From NCBI RefSeq assembly GCF_947568905.1, contig NC_079167.1, positions 91,512,001 to 91,576,000 on the forward strand: 64,000 bases of DNA. The letters run 5' to 3'. The notes beneath the pieces are model-generated. The model made no database searches and was not told where the DNA came from. It saw nothing but the letters and a program-made list of their open reading frames with translations. This document shows, piece by piece, positions 35,640-47,604 of this stretch. Numbering within the stretch: the first letter of the stretch is position 1; every line of letters begins with the position of its first letter. Source of the DNA: Ostrea edulis. Its lineage: Eukaryota. Made by a program: the position numbers and the translations under genes.

Positions 35640-36030
35640 ATCAAACCGTAACAGAATACACAATGTATACAATGTGTATACACAAAATTACAAACGGTAA
35701 CGGAATACACAATTTATACAATGTGTATACACAAAATTACAAACGGTAACGGAATACACAATTTATACAATGTGCATACACAAAATTACAAACGGTAACG
35801 GAATACACAATTTATACAATGTGTATACACAAAATTACAAACGGTAACGGAATACACAATTTATACAATGTGTATACACAAAATTACAAACGGTAACGGA
35901 ATACACAATTTATACAATGTGTATACACAAAATTACAAATGGTAACGGAATACACAATTTATACAATGTGTTTACACAAAATTACAAACGGTAATGGAAT
36001 ACACAATTTATACAATGTGTTTACACAAAA
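35640..36030 (+). repeat. About 8 x ~49-bp intronic minisatellite
   Basis: acaaacggtaacggaatacacaatttatacaatgtgtatacacaaaatt. Confidence 0.92.
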
Positions 36031-36293
36031 TACAACTCACCTGAGTGTTAAGTCTAGACAATCCACCAAGTTCCCCATGAATTTTAATCTAACAATAACT
36101 TGTATGCAAAGGTGACTAATTGGAATGTAAATAAAATACTTGGGCGTAGTTCCAGATAAATAAAATACTTATATATAGTAAGATAAAAGTTACAAGATAG
36201 ACATGTGAAATTTTCCGAATTCTTTTCTAACCTACTAGCAAGTTCACGAATTCTTTTCTAACCTACTAGCATCACAGAGCAAACCATCTCTTA

Positions 36294-37425
36294 GGCCATG
36301 CCAATTTGTAATCTAGTTCGTCGATTCGCCGCTTCTATTTGTAACAAATCCAAATTATAATATTATCAAAAAATAATATCCGCCCGCATGTTCAAAAATA
36401 TCCGTAAATATTTTTTCTAGTTTTTACAACAAGCGCACAAATAACCTTGATGTATATGCTGACAAATGACAGAAGCGCGGGCTCTCGAGAAATTTCCTAA
36501 CAGTGTAATACGGTTAAGTTATTCATGATGTCTATCTTAATATGTACGATACTTCATAACACTGGATTGGAAGTTGTTCCTTATGCTGGAATCGAACTGA
36601 AACCTTTGAAGCGCTATTCGATGCCACTATTTAGAGAACATTGCTAGCATATGATTGATTGTTTGATTAGCCTATATATTGACTGAAGTCTCTCTTGAGA
36701 ATATTTCACTCACATGAAGACGTTACCATTGCCGGTGAAGGGCTGCAAAATTTAGGCCTATGCTCAGCGCTTATGGCACTGAGGGATCTTTATCGTGCCA
36801 AACTTACTGTGACAAGGATCTTAGTTTTTGCAGTCCTATCTGAAGGACCGCCCCATTTATTCGCCTCTTACAACAAGCAAGGGGTACTGATCGATGACTA
36901 TTTTAAACCGGACCGACAGTTAACGACAAATTCACAAAAGGTTTGATGATGTCATATCAAAATTCAAGAAAATGCTCAAAGCGATGCAATGGATATTGCA
37001 TTTGCATTGAATGTCAAAACTGGATGTGTCCCTAGCAATATGCATATCTCTGAATCGAAAGTTTGTAGAAATGAAACTTAAATAAAATGCTTCAAAATGC
37101 AAAATACATGTATTAGGTATAAAGAAAAAAAGTCTTTGAAACCTGAAATACTTCTTATTTATTATAAACTATATCAACAAACTTGAAAAATATTAAGTTT
37201 ATGTGGTAAACAAATGATATCTGATGATTTTAGATCTTTATTTTTAGGCGCCCGCTTTTTAAAATCACACTTAATTCAATTGAAAATATTTATATTTCTT
37301 GTATTCGCTCGCCTCATAATTTTTATCTCCAAAATTAAAAATGATATTTGTAAAATAATTTCGCCCTCTCGCCTCACTTTTTTTGTTTGAAAATCCGAAG
37401 AACTATTTTACAAATTGGTGTGGCC
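36294..37425. mobile_element. PIF/Harbinger-type MITE, 1132 bp, with nested SINE-like copy
   Basis: Left TIR ggccatgccaatttgtaatctagttc versus reverse complement of right end ggccacaccaatttgtaaaatagttc; TTA duplication on both sides. Confidence 0.83.
36697..36915 (-). mobile_element. SINE-like interspersed repeat, copy 2
   Basis: ccggtgaagggc...ggcctatgctcagcgcttatgg...gatctttatcgtg...caagcaaggggtactga shared with the copy at 6925. Confidence 0.78.
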
Positions 37426-37507
37426 TTAGTAGATGAGAGAAACCTTTCCATCCTCTCATTGTGATTTTCACTTTAAATTCCTGTTAGACCTGTATAGGTT
37501 GAATTAT

Positions 37508-38050
37508 TATTATTATGTCTCCCCTCTTTCAGGGGCATACATATTGTTTTTGTACTTTCTGTCCATCCGTCTCCATCCATCCGTCTGTCTGTCACAAAAT
37601 CTTGTGAACGCTTCTCCTCCTATATGGCTTATCGGATAGACTTTGTACAATGCTTCATTGCCATTTGTAGTTGTGTAAGTTTTTGGGACAAGAGGATCCA
37701 ATTATTTTCCTAAAAGTTATAGTGGATCTAAGAGGGGTGAAGGATGTTAAAATAGCTTATGAACTCTTCTCCTCCTATATGGCTTATCCGATAGACTTGA
37801 AATTTTGTACAATACTTCAATGCCATTTGCAGATATGCATATTGCAGGGACAGAAGGATCAAATTGTGGATATGAGGGGTAGTGGGTGTAAAATAGTTTG
37901 TGAACACTTCTCCTATATGGCTTATCGGAGTTCATAATGGCTATGTTCCTGCTAATGCTTTCTCCTCCATACCATGCAGTACATTAAGGGGAGGAGGTTT
38001 CATTTGGAGCACTTTCAATTTTGGGAGCTGGGGAGACATTTGTTTTTTTA
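37508..38050 (+). mobile_element. Degenerate Helentron-type element
   Basis: Sub-TIR atgtctccc / gggagacat, tcca/gtct microsatellite, ~150-bp internal repeats (cttctcctcctatatggcttatc three times). Confidence 0.55.
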
Positions 38051-38732
38051 TAAAAACAATTTCTAGTTATGGAACATTTGAAACAAATATTACTTTTGAG
38101 GATATTTCAAGAATGGCTAACTTCTAGCTGGGTTGCCACAGAGGAATCAGAAATCAAGTGAATACATAAGAGATACTCACAGTGGCTTTGTAAATTTGAA
38201 GCAGATTTAAGATTTTGAATGTCAGTAAAACATGCTTGAGGAACAAATAGAATATGACTGCATTGAGGAATTGATTGTTGTAGACTAGTTTTCTAGTGGC
38301 CGTTCGCGGATAAAAAATGAGGTGTATAATATGTTGGTTTACCGTATCTTGATGTTAAAAAAAGATTCCCATAAATAACTTGTTGGATCTGTAAGGTTGA
38401 ACTGCTTGTGGTGAAAATTATGTTTTGCTAATGTATTAATAGTATGTAGAGAACATGTAATTTATTATTTTTTTTTCCTTGACACAGTTATCTGTCAAAT
38501 TGTATGAATTTTAAATGAGAATTTCAATCCATACAGATGAATTAGTGACGATTAAGTGAATATAATAGTAATAAAAGCAAAATTTAGGAATACTACAAAT
38601 TGCTGGCAATTGTTTTCAATTGATATGGAATCTACATGTGCAGTGAACTATTGATATTTACAATGTCTTATGAAATAGTGTGATCCGTTCAATAAAGTTT
38701 TGAAAATCAATGCTAATATTTTCTCTTTATAG

Positions 38733-38862
38733 GGGAAGAAATATACACCGATCCATTTGAATTTGAGCAAGTCGGACGAAACCTGCTGACCATGTTTTGC
38801 ATTGGCATTCTGTTTTTCACTCTTAACTTACTGATTGAATACAACTTCTTTATAAAACGAGG
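38733..38862 (+). CDS. ABCA1: ABCA exon (VGRNLLTM)
   Basis: 130 bp. Confidence 0.93.
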
Positions 38863-38947
38863 GTAAGGTTTGATTTTCTACAGAGCAGTTTGTTTGATTT
38901 AAAAAAGAGGTAGGTGCATGATTCTCAACACTCATATTTTATCTTAG

Positions 38948-39080
38948 GATGTGTTTCTGGTCCCCGAAACCTACCCACACACCTCTGGATGATGAAGATG
39001 AGGACGTGGCAGCTGAGAGGAAGAGGATTCTCTCAGGAGAGGGAAAAGATGACATCCTTAGACTGCAGAACCTCACTAAG
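38948..39080 (+). CDS. ABCA1: ABCA exon (DEDEDVAAERKRI)
   Basis: Conserved DEDEDV..ER.RI motif. Confidence 0.94.
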
Positions 39081-39469
39081 GTACAGGACTTTTTATCTTA
39101 CCAGGACAAATATCCGGGGAGCAATTGTCACAACCCCGGTGTCAGCATCATACTTTAACGGAAAGACTTTAACCTTGGCTATATCTTTTGAACCAAGGGG
39201 GATTAGGCTGTGATATTTCACATATTCCTCATGATCAGGCCAAACATTTGATAACAAGACATTTGACCTAGTGAATTTGGACTTTGACCTACTTTTCCAA
39301 ACTCTTAGCTTGGGTTATACATGTATCTCTTGAACCACAGGGGATAGGGTAAATAGATTCACACTTCCTAGTAAAATACATAATCTTCTACCAACTTTTG
39401 TTGGAATGGGTTGGTGATGGGAGTAGTCAAATGGGGATGTTTGGAGGGATGACAGGAGTCAGTGAGAAG

Positions 39470-39730
39470 AGACTGTGGAGGGGGTTACAAGGATCGGCGT
39501 GGAGAGATTATGTGAAGAGGGGGTTACAAGGATCGGTGTGGGGAGATAATGTGAAGAGGGGGTTACAAGGATTGATGTGGAGAGATAATGTGAAGAGGGG
39601 GTTACAAGGATCAGTGTGGAGAGATTATGTGAAGAGGGGGTTAGAAGGATCAGTGTAGAGAGATTATGTGAAGAGGGGGTTACAAGTATCGGCGTGGAGA
39701 GATTATGTGAAGAGGGAGTTACAAGGATAA
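39470..39730 (+). repeat. About 7 x 39-bp purine-rich minisatellite
   Basis: gtgaagagggggttacaaggatcggtgtggagagattat. Confidence 0.9.
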
Positions 39731-39852
39731 GGAAAGACTGTGGTGGGGACTATAAGGATCAGTGATGGGGAATTATGGGCTGTAAAGATGTTATTTGGCA
39801 AAGAGCTAAAACAGGCAGGAATTTACACCACAAAGTCTCTATTTCATTCCAG

Positions 39853-40034
39853 GTGTATCGTTTGTTTGGTAAGAAGGGGCGGAACACAGCAGTGGACAGG
39901 CTATGTGTGGGGGTCCCTAAGGGGCAGTGCTTTGGTTTACTGGGAGTGAATGGAGCTGGGAAGACAACTACATTTAAGATGCTTACAGGGGATATCTTTG
40001 TAACAGAAGGAAACGCCTTCCTCAACAACAACAG
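39853..40034 (+). CDS. ABCA1: ABCA exon, NBD2 Walker A
   Basis: [22 protein letters not shown]. Confidence 0.97.
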
Positions 40035-42295
40035 GTATGTCACATACAGTGTAAGTCTGTCACATACAGTGTAAGTCTGTCACATACAGTGTAAGTCTGT
40101 CACATACAGTGTAAGTCTGTCACATACAGTGTAAGTCTGTCACATACCGTGTAAGTCTGTCACATACCGTGTAAGTCTGTCACATACAGTGTAAGCATGT
40201 CACATACCGTGTAAGTCTCACATACAGTGTAAGTCTGTCACATACCGTGTAAGTCTGTCACAGACAGTGTAAGTCTGTCACATACCGTGTAAGTCTGTCA
40301 CATACAGTGTAAGTCTGTCACATACAGTGCAAGTCTGTCACATACAGTGTAAGTCTGTCACATACAGTGTAAGTCTCACATACAGTGTAAGTCTGTCACA
40401 TACAGTGTAAGTCTGTCACAGACAGTGTAAGTCTGTCACATACCGTGTAAGTCTGTCACATACAGTGTAAGTCTGTCACATACAGTGCAAGTCTGTCACA
40501 TACAGTGTAAGTCTGTCACATACAGTGTAAGTCTCACATACAGTGTAAGTCTGTCACATACAGTGTAAGTCTGTCACATACAGTGTAAGCATGTCACATA
40601 CCGTGTAAGTCTGTCACATAGAGTGTAAGCATGTCACATACAGTGTAAGTCTATCACATACAGTGTAAGTATGTCACATATAGTGTAAGTCTCACATACA
40701 GTGTAAGCATTTCACATATAGTGTAAGTCTCACATACAGTGTAAGTCTGTCACATACAGTGTAAGTATGTCACATACAGTGTAAGTCTGTCACATAGAGT
40801 GTAAGCATGTCACAGACAGTGTAAGCATGTCCCATACAGTGTAAGCATGTCACATACAGTGTAAGTCTGTCACATACAGTGTAAGCATGTCACATACAGT
40901 GTAAGTCTGTCACATACAGTGTAAGCATGTCCCATACAGTGTAAGTCTCACATACAGTGTAAGTCTGTCACATACAGTGTAAGTCTGTCACATACAGTGT
41001 AAGTCTGTCACATACAGTGTAAGTCTGTCACATACAGTGTAAGCATGTCACATACAGTGTAAGTCTGTCACATACAGTGTAAGTATGTCACATATAGTGT
41101 AAGTCTCGCATACAGTGTAAGTCTGTCACATAGAGTGTAAGCATGTCACATACAGTGTAAGTCTGTCACATACAGTGTAAGTCTGTCACATACAGTGTAA
41201 GTCTGTCACATACAGTGTAAGCATGTCACATATAGTGTAAGTATCACATACAGTGTAAGTCTATCACATACAGTGTAAGTCTGTCACATACAGTGTAAGT
41301 CTATCACATACAGTGTAAGTCTGTCACATACAGTGTAAGTCTGTCACATACCATGTAAGCATGTCACAGACAGTGTAAGCATGTCACAGACAGTGTAAGT
41401 CTGTCACATACAGTGTAAGTCTGTCACATACCATGTAAGCATGTCACAGACAGTGTAAGCATGTCACAGACAGTGTAAGTCTATCACATATAGTGTAAGT
41501 CTGTCACATACAGTGTAAGTCTGTCACATACAGTGTAAGTATGTCACATATAGTGTAAGTCTCGCATACAGTGTAAGCATGTCACATATAGTGTAAGTCT
41601 CACATACAGTGTAAGTCTGTCACATACAGTGTAAGTCTGTCACATACAGTGTAAGTCTCACATACAGTGTAAGTCTGTCACATACAGTGTAAGTCTCACA
41701 TACAGTGTAAGCATGTCACATACAGTGTAAGTCTGTCACATACAGTGTAAGTCTGTCACATACAGTGTAAGTCTGTCACATACAGTGTAAGCATGTCCCA
41801 TACAGTGTAAGTCTGTCACATACAGTGTAAGTCTGTCACATACAGTGTAAGCATGTCCCATACAGTGTAAGTCTGTCACATACCATGTAAGTCTGTCACA
41901 TACAGTGTAAGTCTGTCACATACAGTGTAAGCATGTCTCATAGTGTAAGTCTGTCACATAGAGTGTAAGTATGTCACATACCATGTAAGTCTGTCACATA
42001 CAGTGTAAGCATGTCTCATACAGTGTAAGTCTGTCACATACAGTGTAAGTCTATCACATACAGTGTAAGTCTGTCACATACAGTGTAAGTCTGTCACATA
42101 CAGTGTAAGCATGTCTCATACAGTGTAAGTCTGTCACATACAGTGTAAGTCTGTCACATACAGTGTAAGTATGTCACATACCATGTAAGTCTATCACATA
42201 CAGTGTAAGTCTGTCACATACAGTGTAAGTCTATCACATACAGTGTAAGTCTATCACATACAGTGTAAGCATGTCTCATACAGTGTAAGTATGTC
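40032..42295 (+). repeat. About 110 x 18-20-bp array starting at the donor; most units contain GTAAGT
   Basis: cagtgtaagtctgtcacata; authentic site is cag|gtatgtcacata. Confidence 0.96.
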
Positions 42296-42396
42296 CTTCA
42301 GGAGATGTTTCACTCAGACTTCTCTTCAAACAGTCATGTCTTCATAATATCGACTTCCTTTTGATAGTACTGTTATCTGTGTGTGTTATCATTCAG

Positions 42397-42538
42397 CATC
42401 CTGTCGGATATGGTACAGGTTCGCAGAGACATTGGATATTGTCCCCAGTTTGATGCATTTGACCCCCTGCTGACAGGAAGAGAGATCCTTCGATTTTACG
42501 CAAGACTGAGAGGAGTGCAGGAGAAGGATATCAAAAGG
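42397..42538 (+). CDS. ABCA1: ABCA exon, NBD2 Q-loop
   Basis: GYCPQFDA; 142 bp. Confidence 0.97.
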
Positions 42539-42674
42539 GTGAGTGAAGGTCACCGAATTATTTTCGTCTCTTTAAAGCAAAAACTGATGTGAATGAATGA
42601 AAATAATCTAGATGCTGTGCATTTAGCTCTGTGTGTCGACCTGCATTGTGTCACATCATGATAATGTTTTATAG

Positions 42675-42809
42675 GTATCGGAATGGGCCATAAGAAAACT
42701 AGAACTGCGAATTTATGCTGATAAACTGTCTGGAAGTTACTCGGGTGGAAACAAAAGGAAGCTCTCCACTGCCATATCCCTGATTGGAAATCCACAGATC
42801 ATTTTCCTG
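42675..42809 (+). CDS. ABCA1: ABCA exon, NBD2 signature
   Basis: [12 protein letters not shown]; 135 bp. Confidence 0.97.
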
Positions 42810-43180
42810 GTTAGTCAGAGGAAATAACAGCAATGGAATACTTATTTTTTTGTAAACAAGAAAACATCAAATAATAATGAAAAGAAATTCTTGAAGAACA
42901 GCTAGCAAGAAAGAGGACCATTGGCTGATCCTATGATGTTTCATCTCTATACTCTCCCATACCAAAAAATAATACATAACAGTATATTTTTAATCTATTA
43001 TTAATACAGTCATTTTTGTACTTCTTTGAATTCATACAGAAAAAATATATTATTTTTTGTGTGCTTAGTATTTGTTCATTCCTGTTTTAATTCAAATTTA
43101 CTTTTATTCTTCACTTTGCAAAGAAAATAGGAAAATGGACTTGTTAATTGTAAATATACATGTTCATATGTCTTTTAAAG

Positions 43181-43284
43181 GATGAGCCCACCACAGGAAT
43201 GGACCCTAGGGCACGAAGATTCTTATGGAACTGTATCAAGAACATCATTAAAGATGGGCGCTCAGTCATCCTCACCTCTCACAG
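43181..43284 (+). CDS. ABCA1: ABCA exon, NBD2 Walker B
   Basis: [16 protein letters not shown]...SVILTSH; 104 bp. Confidence 0.97.
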
Positions 43285-44620
43285 GTAATCTAGTTAATGT
43301 ATGGGCACTCAGTCATCCTCACCTCACACAGGTAATCTAGTTAATGTATGGGCGCTCAGTCATCCTCACCTCACAGGTAATCTAGTTAATGTATGGGCAC
43401 TCAGTCATCCTCACCTCACAGGTAATCTAGTTAATGTATGGGCACTCAGTCATCCTCACCTCACAGGTAATCTAGTTAATGTATGGGCACTCAGTCATCC
43501 TCACCTCTCACAGGTAATCTAGTTAATGTATGGGTGGTCAGTCATCCTCACCTCACAGGTAATCTAGTTAATGTATGGGCACTCAGTCATCCTCACCTCA
43601 CAGGTAATCTAGTTAATGTATGGGTGGTCAGTCATCCTCACCTCTCACAGGTAATCTAGTTAATGTATGGGTGTTCAGTCATCCTCACCTCACAGGTAAT
43701 CTAGTTAATGTATGGGCACTTAGTCATCCTCACCTCTCAGGTAATCTAGTTAATGTATGGGCACTCAGTCATCCTCACCTCACAGGTAATCTAGTTAATA
43801 TATGGGTGGTCAGTCATCCTCACCTCTCACAGGTAATCTAGTTAATGTATGGGTGTTCAGTCATCCTCACCTCACAGGTAATCTAGTTAATGTATGGGCA
43901 CTTAGTCATCCTCACCTCTCAGGTAATCTAGTTAATGTATGGGCACTCAGTCATCCTCACCTCACAGGTAATCTAGTTAATGTATGGGCACTTAGTCATC
44001 CTCACCTCTCAGGTAATCTAGTTAATGTATGGGCACTCAGTCATCCTCACCTCACAGGTTATCTAGTTAATGTATGGGCACTCAGTCATCCTCACCTCTC
44101 ACAGGTTATCTAGTTAATGTATGGGCGCTCAGTCATCCTCACCTCACAGGTAATCTAGTTAATGTATGGGTGTTCAGTCATCCTCACCTCACAGGTAATC
44201 TAGTTAATGTATGGGCACTCAGTCATCCTCACCTCACAGGTAATCTAGTTAATGTATGGGCACTCAGTCATCCTCACCTCACAAGTAATCTAGTTAATGT
44301 ATGGGCGCTCAGTCATCCTCACCTCACAGGTAATCTAGTTAATGTATGGGCACTCAGTCATCCTCACCTCACAGGTAATCTAGTTAATGTATGGGCACTC
44401 AGTCATCCTCACCTCTCAGGTAATCTAGTTAATGTATGGGCACTCAGTCATCCTCACCTCACAGGTAATCTAGTTAATGTATGGGTGTTCAGTCATCCTC
44501 ACCTCTCACAGGTAATCTAGTTAATGTATGGTCGGTCAGTCATCCTCACCTCTCAGGTAATCTAGTTAATGTATGGGCACTTAGTCATCCTCACCACTCA
44601 CAGGTAATCTAGTTAATGTA
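43254..44620 (+). repeat. About 30 x 45/47-bp array containing 31 nt of exon end plus donor CAG|GTAATC
   Basis: atgggcactcagtcatcctcacctc(tc)acag|gtaatctagttaatgt. Confidence 0.97.
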
Positions 44621-44819
44621 CAGATATGTAACAAACGTGATGATGAATATTGTTTGACAAAATATGAAAGAATAATTCTGTAGATTCCTTATTTTACACG
44701 CGTACTTAATATGGTGGAATGGCTCGTAAACTTCAAATCGCGTGAACATGAATCCGTGTGTCGTCTGTTAATCAAGAGTTCTTACAAGTATTTTAACAAT
44801 AGAAAAATGAAAGTGGGTA

Positions 44820-45634
44820 ATTATACCCCCCGAACGAAGTTCTGGGGGTGTATATAGGAATCACTGTCTGTCCGTCCGTCCGTCTGTCGGTATCCAGATT
44901 CGTGTCCGGGCCATAACTTCTTTGTTCTTTGACATAGACCTACCATATTTGACACACAGGTGGATCACCATGAGATGATGTGTCGGGTACCTTCATGACC
45001 TGTATATGACCTTGACCTCAAGGTCAAAATTAAAGGTTTTTTACAATGTATTCGTGTCTGGGCCATAACTTCTATGTTCTTTGATATAGGCATACCATAT
45101 TTGACACATGAGTGTATCACCATGAGACGATATGTCATGTGCCTTCATGACCTCCATATGACCCTGACCTCAAGGTCAAAATTGAAGGTTTTTACAATGG
45201 ATTCGTGTCAGGGCCATGACTTCTTTGTTCTTTGACATAGGCATACCATATTTGACACATGAGTGTATCACCATGAGACGATGTGTCAGGTACCTTCATG
45301 ACCCCTATATGACCTTGAACTTTGACCTCAAGGTCAAAATTTATTATAGGGTTTTGACATAGTCATACCATAAGACATGGGTGTATCACCATGAGACTAT
45401 GTGTCATGTACATTCATGACCTCTTTATGACCTTGACCTTTGATCTCAAGGTCAAAATTATAGGTTTATACCATGGATTTGTGTTCAGACTATATCTTCC
45501 ATTTTCTTCTACAAAGGCATACTATATTTTTACACTCAGGAAAGCGGTAATTTATGCCTATTAACAACACCCTTTGGGAGATTGGGGTAAGCGGGGGATA
45601 TTCTTAGTGAGCATTGCTCACAGTACCTCTTGTT
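44820..45634 (+). mobile_element. Non-autonomous Helentron-type element with ~145-bp internal repeats
   Basis: Sub-TIR tatacccccc / gggggata, gtcc microsatellite, repeats carrying gaccttgacctcaaggtca, 3' hairpin gtgagcattgctcac. Confidence 0.8.
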
Positions 45635-45839
45635 TTATTTTGCAAGTGATGCCTCACGTAAAATTATGTGATAATAAATTCCTCGCATATATTTTGGAAT
45701 CTACAGTATGCAATCTGTATTGTTAAACAGCACTTCGAGTTTATCAACAATGGTGAAGGTTTATTGTTTGCTTTTCCAACTTCTTCCACAGTTTTGTAAT
45801 TTAGTTTGAAAAAACGGAATAAGGTTTAGTAAATCTGAT

Positions 45840-46355
45840 GCGAACAGTGTGAAAACATTAAATGAATGTTCGTTTTGTGATAACAATATGTGAAAACATT
45901 AAATGAATAATTGTTTTGCGATGACAGCTCGACAGTATGTGAAAACATAAATAAATATTTGTTTTGCGATAACAGTATGTGAAAACATTAAATGAATATT
46001 TGTTTTGCGATAACAGTATGTGAAAACATTAAATGAATATTTGTTTTGCGATAACAGTATGTGAAAACATTAAATGAATATTTGTTTTGTGATAACAGTA
46101 TGTGAAAACATTAAATGAATATTTGTTTTGCGATAACAGTATGTGAAAACATTAAATGAATATTTGTTTTGCGATAACAGTATGTGAAAACATTAAATGA
46201 ATACATGTATTTGTTTTGCGATAACAGTATGTGAAAACATTAAATGAATGTTTGTTTTGCAATGACAGTATGTGAAAACATTAAATGAATATTTGTTTTG
46301 TGATGACAGTATGTGAAAACATTAAATGAATGTTTGTTTTGCAATGACAGTATGG
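45840..46355 (+). repeat. About 12 x 41-bp array whose last copy supplies the authentic acceptor (acag|tatg)
   Basis: tgaaaacattaaatgaatatttgttttgcgataacag|tatg. Confidence 0.96.
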
Positions 46356-46443
46356 AAGAATGCGAGGCTCTCTGTGGCAGGCTGGCCATAATGGTGAATG
46401 GAACATTCCGTTGTCTTGGTAGCACTCAGCATCTCAAAAACAG
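46351..46443 (+). CDS. ABCA1: ABCA exon (SMEECEALC...QHLKN)
   Basis: 93 bp, conserved motif. Confidence 0.96.
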
Positions 46444-46590
46444 GTTAATACTTTATTCAGTTATTTGTATTTTTATCAATCTTATATTTTGAAATTGTAA
46501 TCGATAATAATCTTAGGAAGTAACATGTGTATTTCATGTGATAATTTAAAGTAAAATGTAAATTAAACAATGTTCTGTGTGACACTTTAA

Positions 46591-47107
46591 AGGGACTGAT
46601 TCACGATTTTCCCCCAAATATTTTTTTACTTTTAATGATCAAAATCTACTATCTAATGTGTTGAGAAGATTTCACATAAAAATTAAGGTTATACATGTAC
46701 ATTATCTTAGAAGCTCATTTTAGAAAGTTAATTATTTGTTTTGTAAACAAAGATTGCAGTATGTTATTGTTTACGACATTTTCAAAAGAAATGGATATCG
46801 ATCCAAGTTCATTATATTTTTCACATTTCAAGCATTTTTGGGGTAAAATGTGTCATCTAAAACTTAAAATTTGTGACTATGCAAAATTAAGATGCTATAC
46901 TTTACAAAATCAATATTTCACTTGTTTGTATACATAAAAAGACTTGAGTCTTTGTTTACATAACACAGATTTAGGGCTAAAATATTGCTTTTATTTTTGC
47001 ATTCAGAAGCTCAAAAATTTGGCTGTCAACATTAGATGAGTTATATTTTTAATGTTTAACAACAAAAATGAAAAAATATTTTCATCAAAAATTGTGAACC
47101 AGTCCCT
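46591..47107. mobile_element. TTAA-flanked MITE with purine termini (Kolobok-like), 517 bp
   Basis: TIRs agggactgattcacgatttt / aaaattgtgaaccagtccct; TTAA at 46587-90 and 47108-11. Confidence 0.83.
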
Positions 47108-47141
47108 TTAAATCATAACGTCAATCCAACCATTTCAATAG

Positions 47142-47382
47142 ATTTGGTGATGGCTACACCATAATAGTCCGGGTAGCCGGTGAGAATCCAGACATGGCTG
47201 GTGTTGAGGAATTCATCACTACCACATTCCGTGGATCGGAACTATTGGAGGCCCACCATAACATGTTGCAGTACCAGCTGAAGTCCCGGGTCAAACTGTC
47301 CTACATATTTGGACAGCTAGAAAAGGTCAAGTCCAGACTCAATATTGAGGACTACTCAGTCTCGCAGACTACACTGGACCAG
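47142..47382 (+). CDS. ABCA1: ABCA exon, regulatory domain 2 (FGDGYT...[12 protein letters not shown])
   Basis: Conserved motifs. Confidence 0.96.
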
Positions 47383-47513
47383 GTAGGCTGAACAAGGACT
47401 AAATATCATGTCCAAATTGTACTCATGTGTTTATGTTGGTCAGTTTTGGTTTGTCTACGTACATGTATGTACGTATTTTTAAACTAGCAGTGCAAATTGT
47501 GTTATTTTTGTAG

Positions 47514-47604
47514 GTGTTTATAAACTTTGCCAAAGATCAAACAGATTTGTTGGATGATGAAATTCCTGTTAAATCAGAAAAAAAGAAATCTAGTATCAGA
47601 AAAG
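47514..47604 (+). CDS. ABCA1: ABCA exon (VFINFAKDQ)
   Basis: Matches ABCA1 VFVNFAKDQ. Confidence 0.94.

Noticed and set aside
43301-44520. Short ORFs ([15 protein letters not shown])n
   Set aside because: Repeat-derived and frame-broken by 45/47-bp variants.
10906-44620. CRISPR-like appearance of the arrays
   Set aside because: No unique spacers, no cas genes, and a spliced eukaryotic context.
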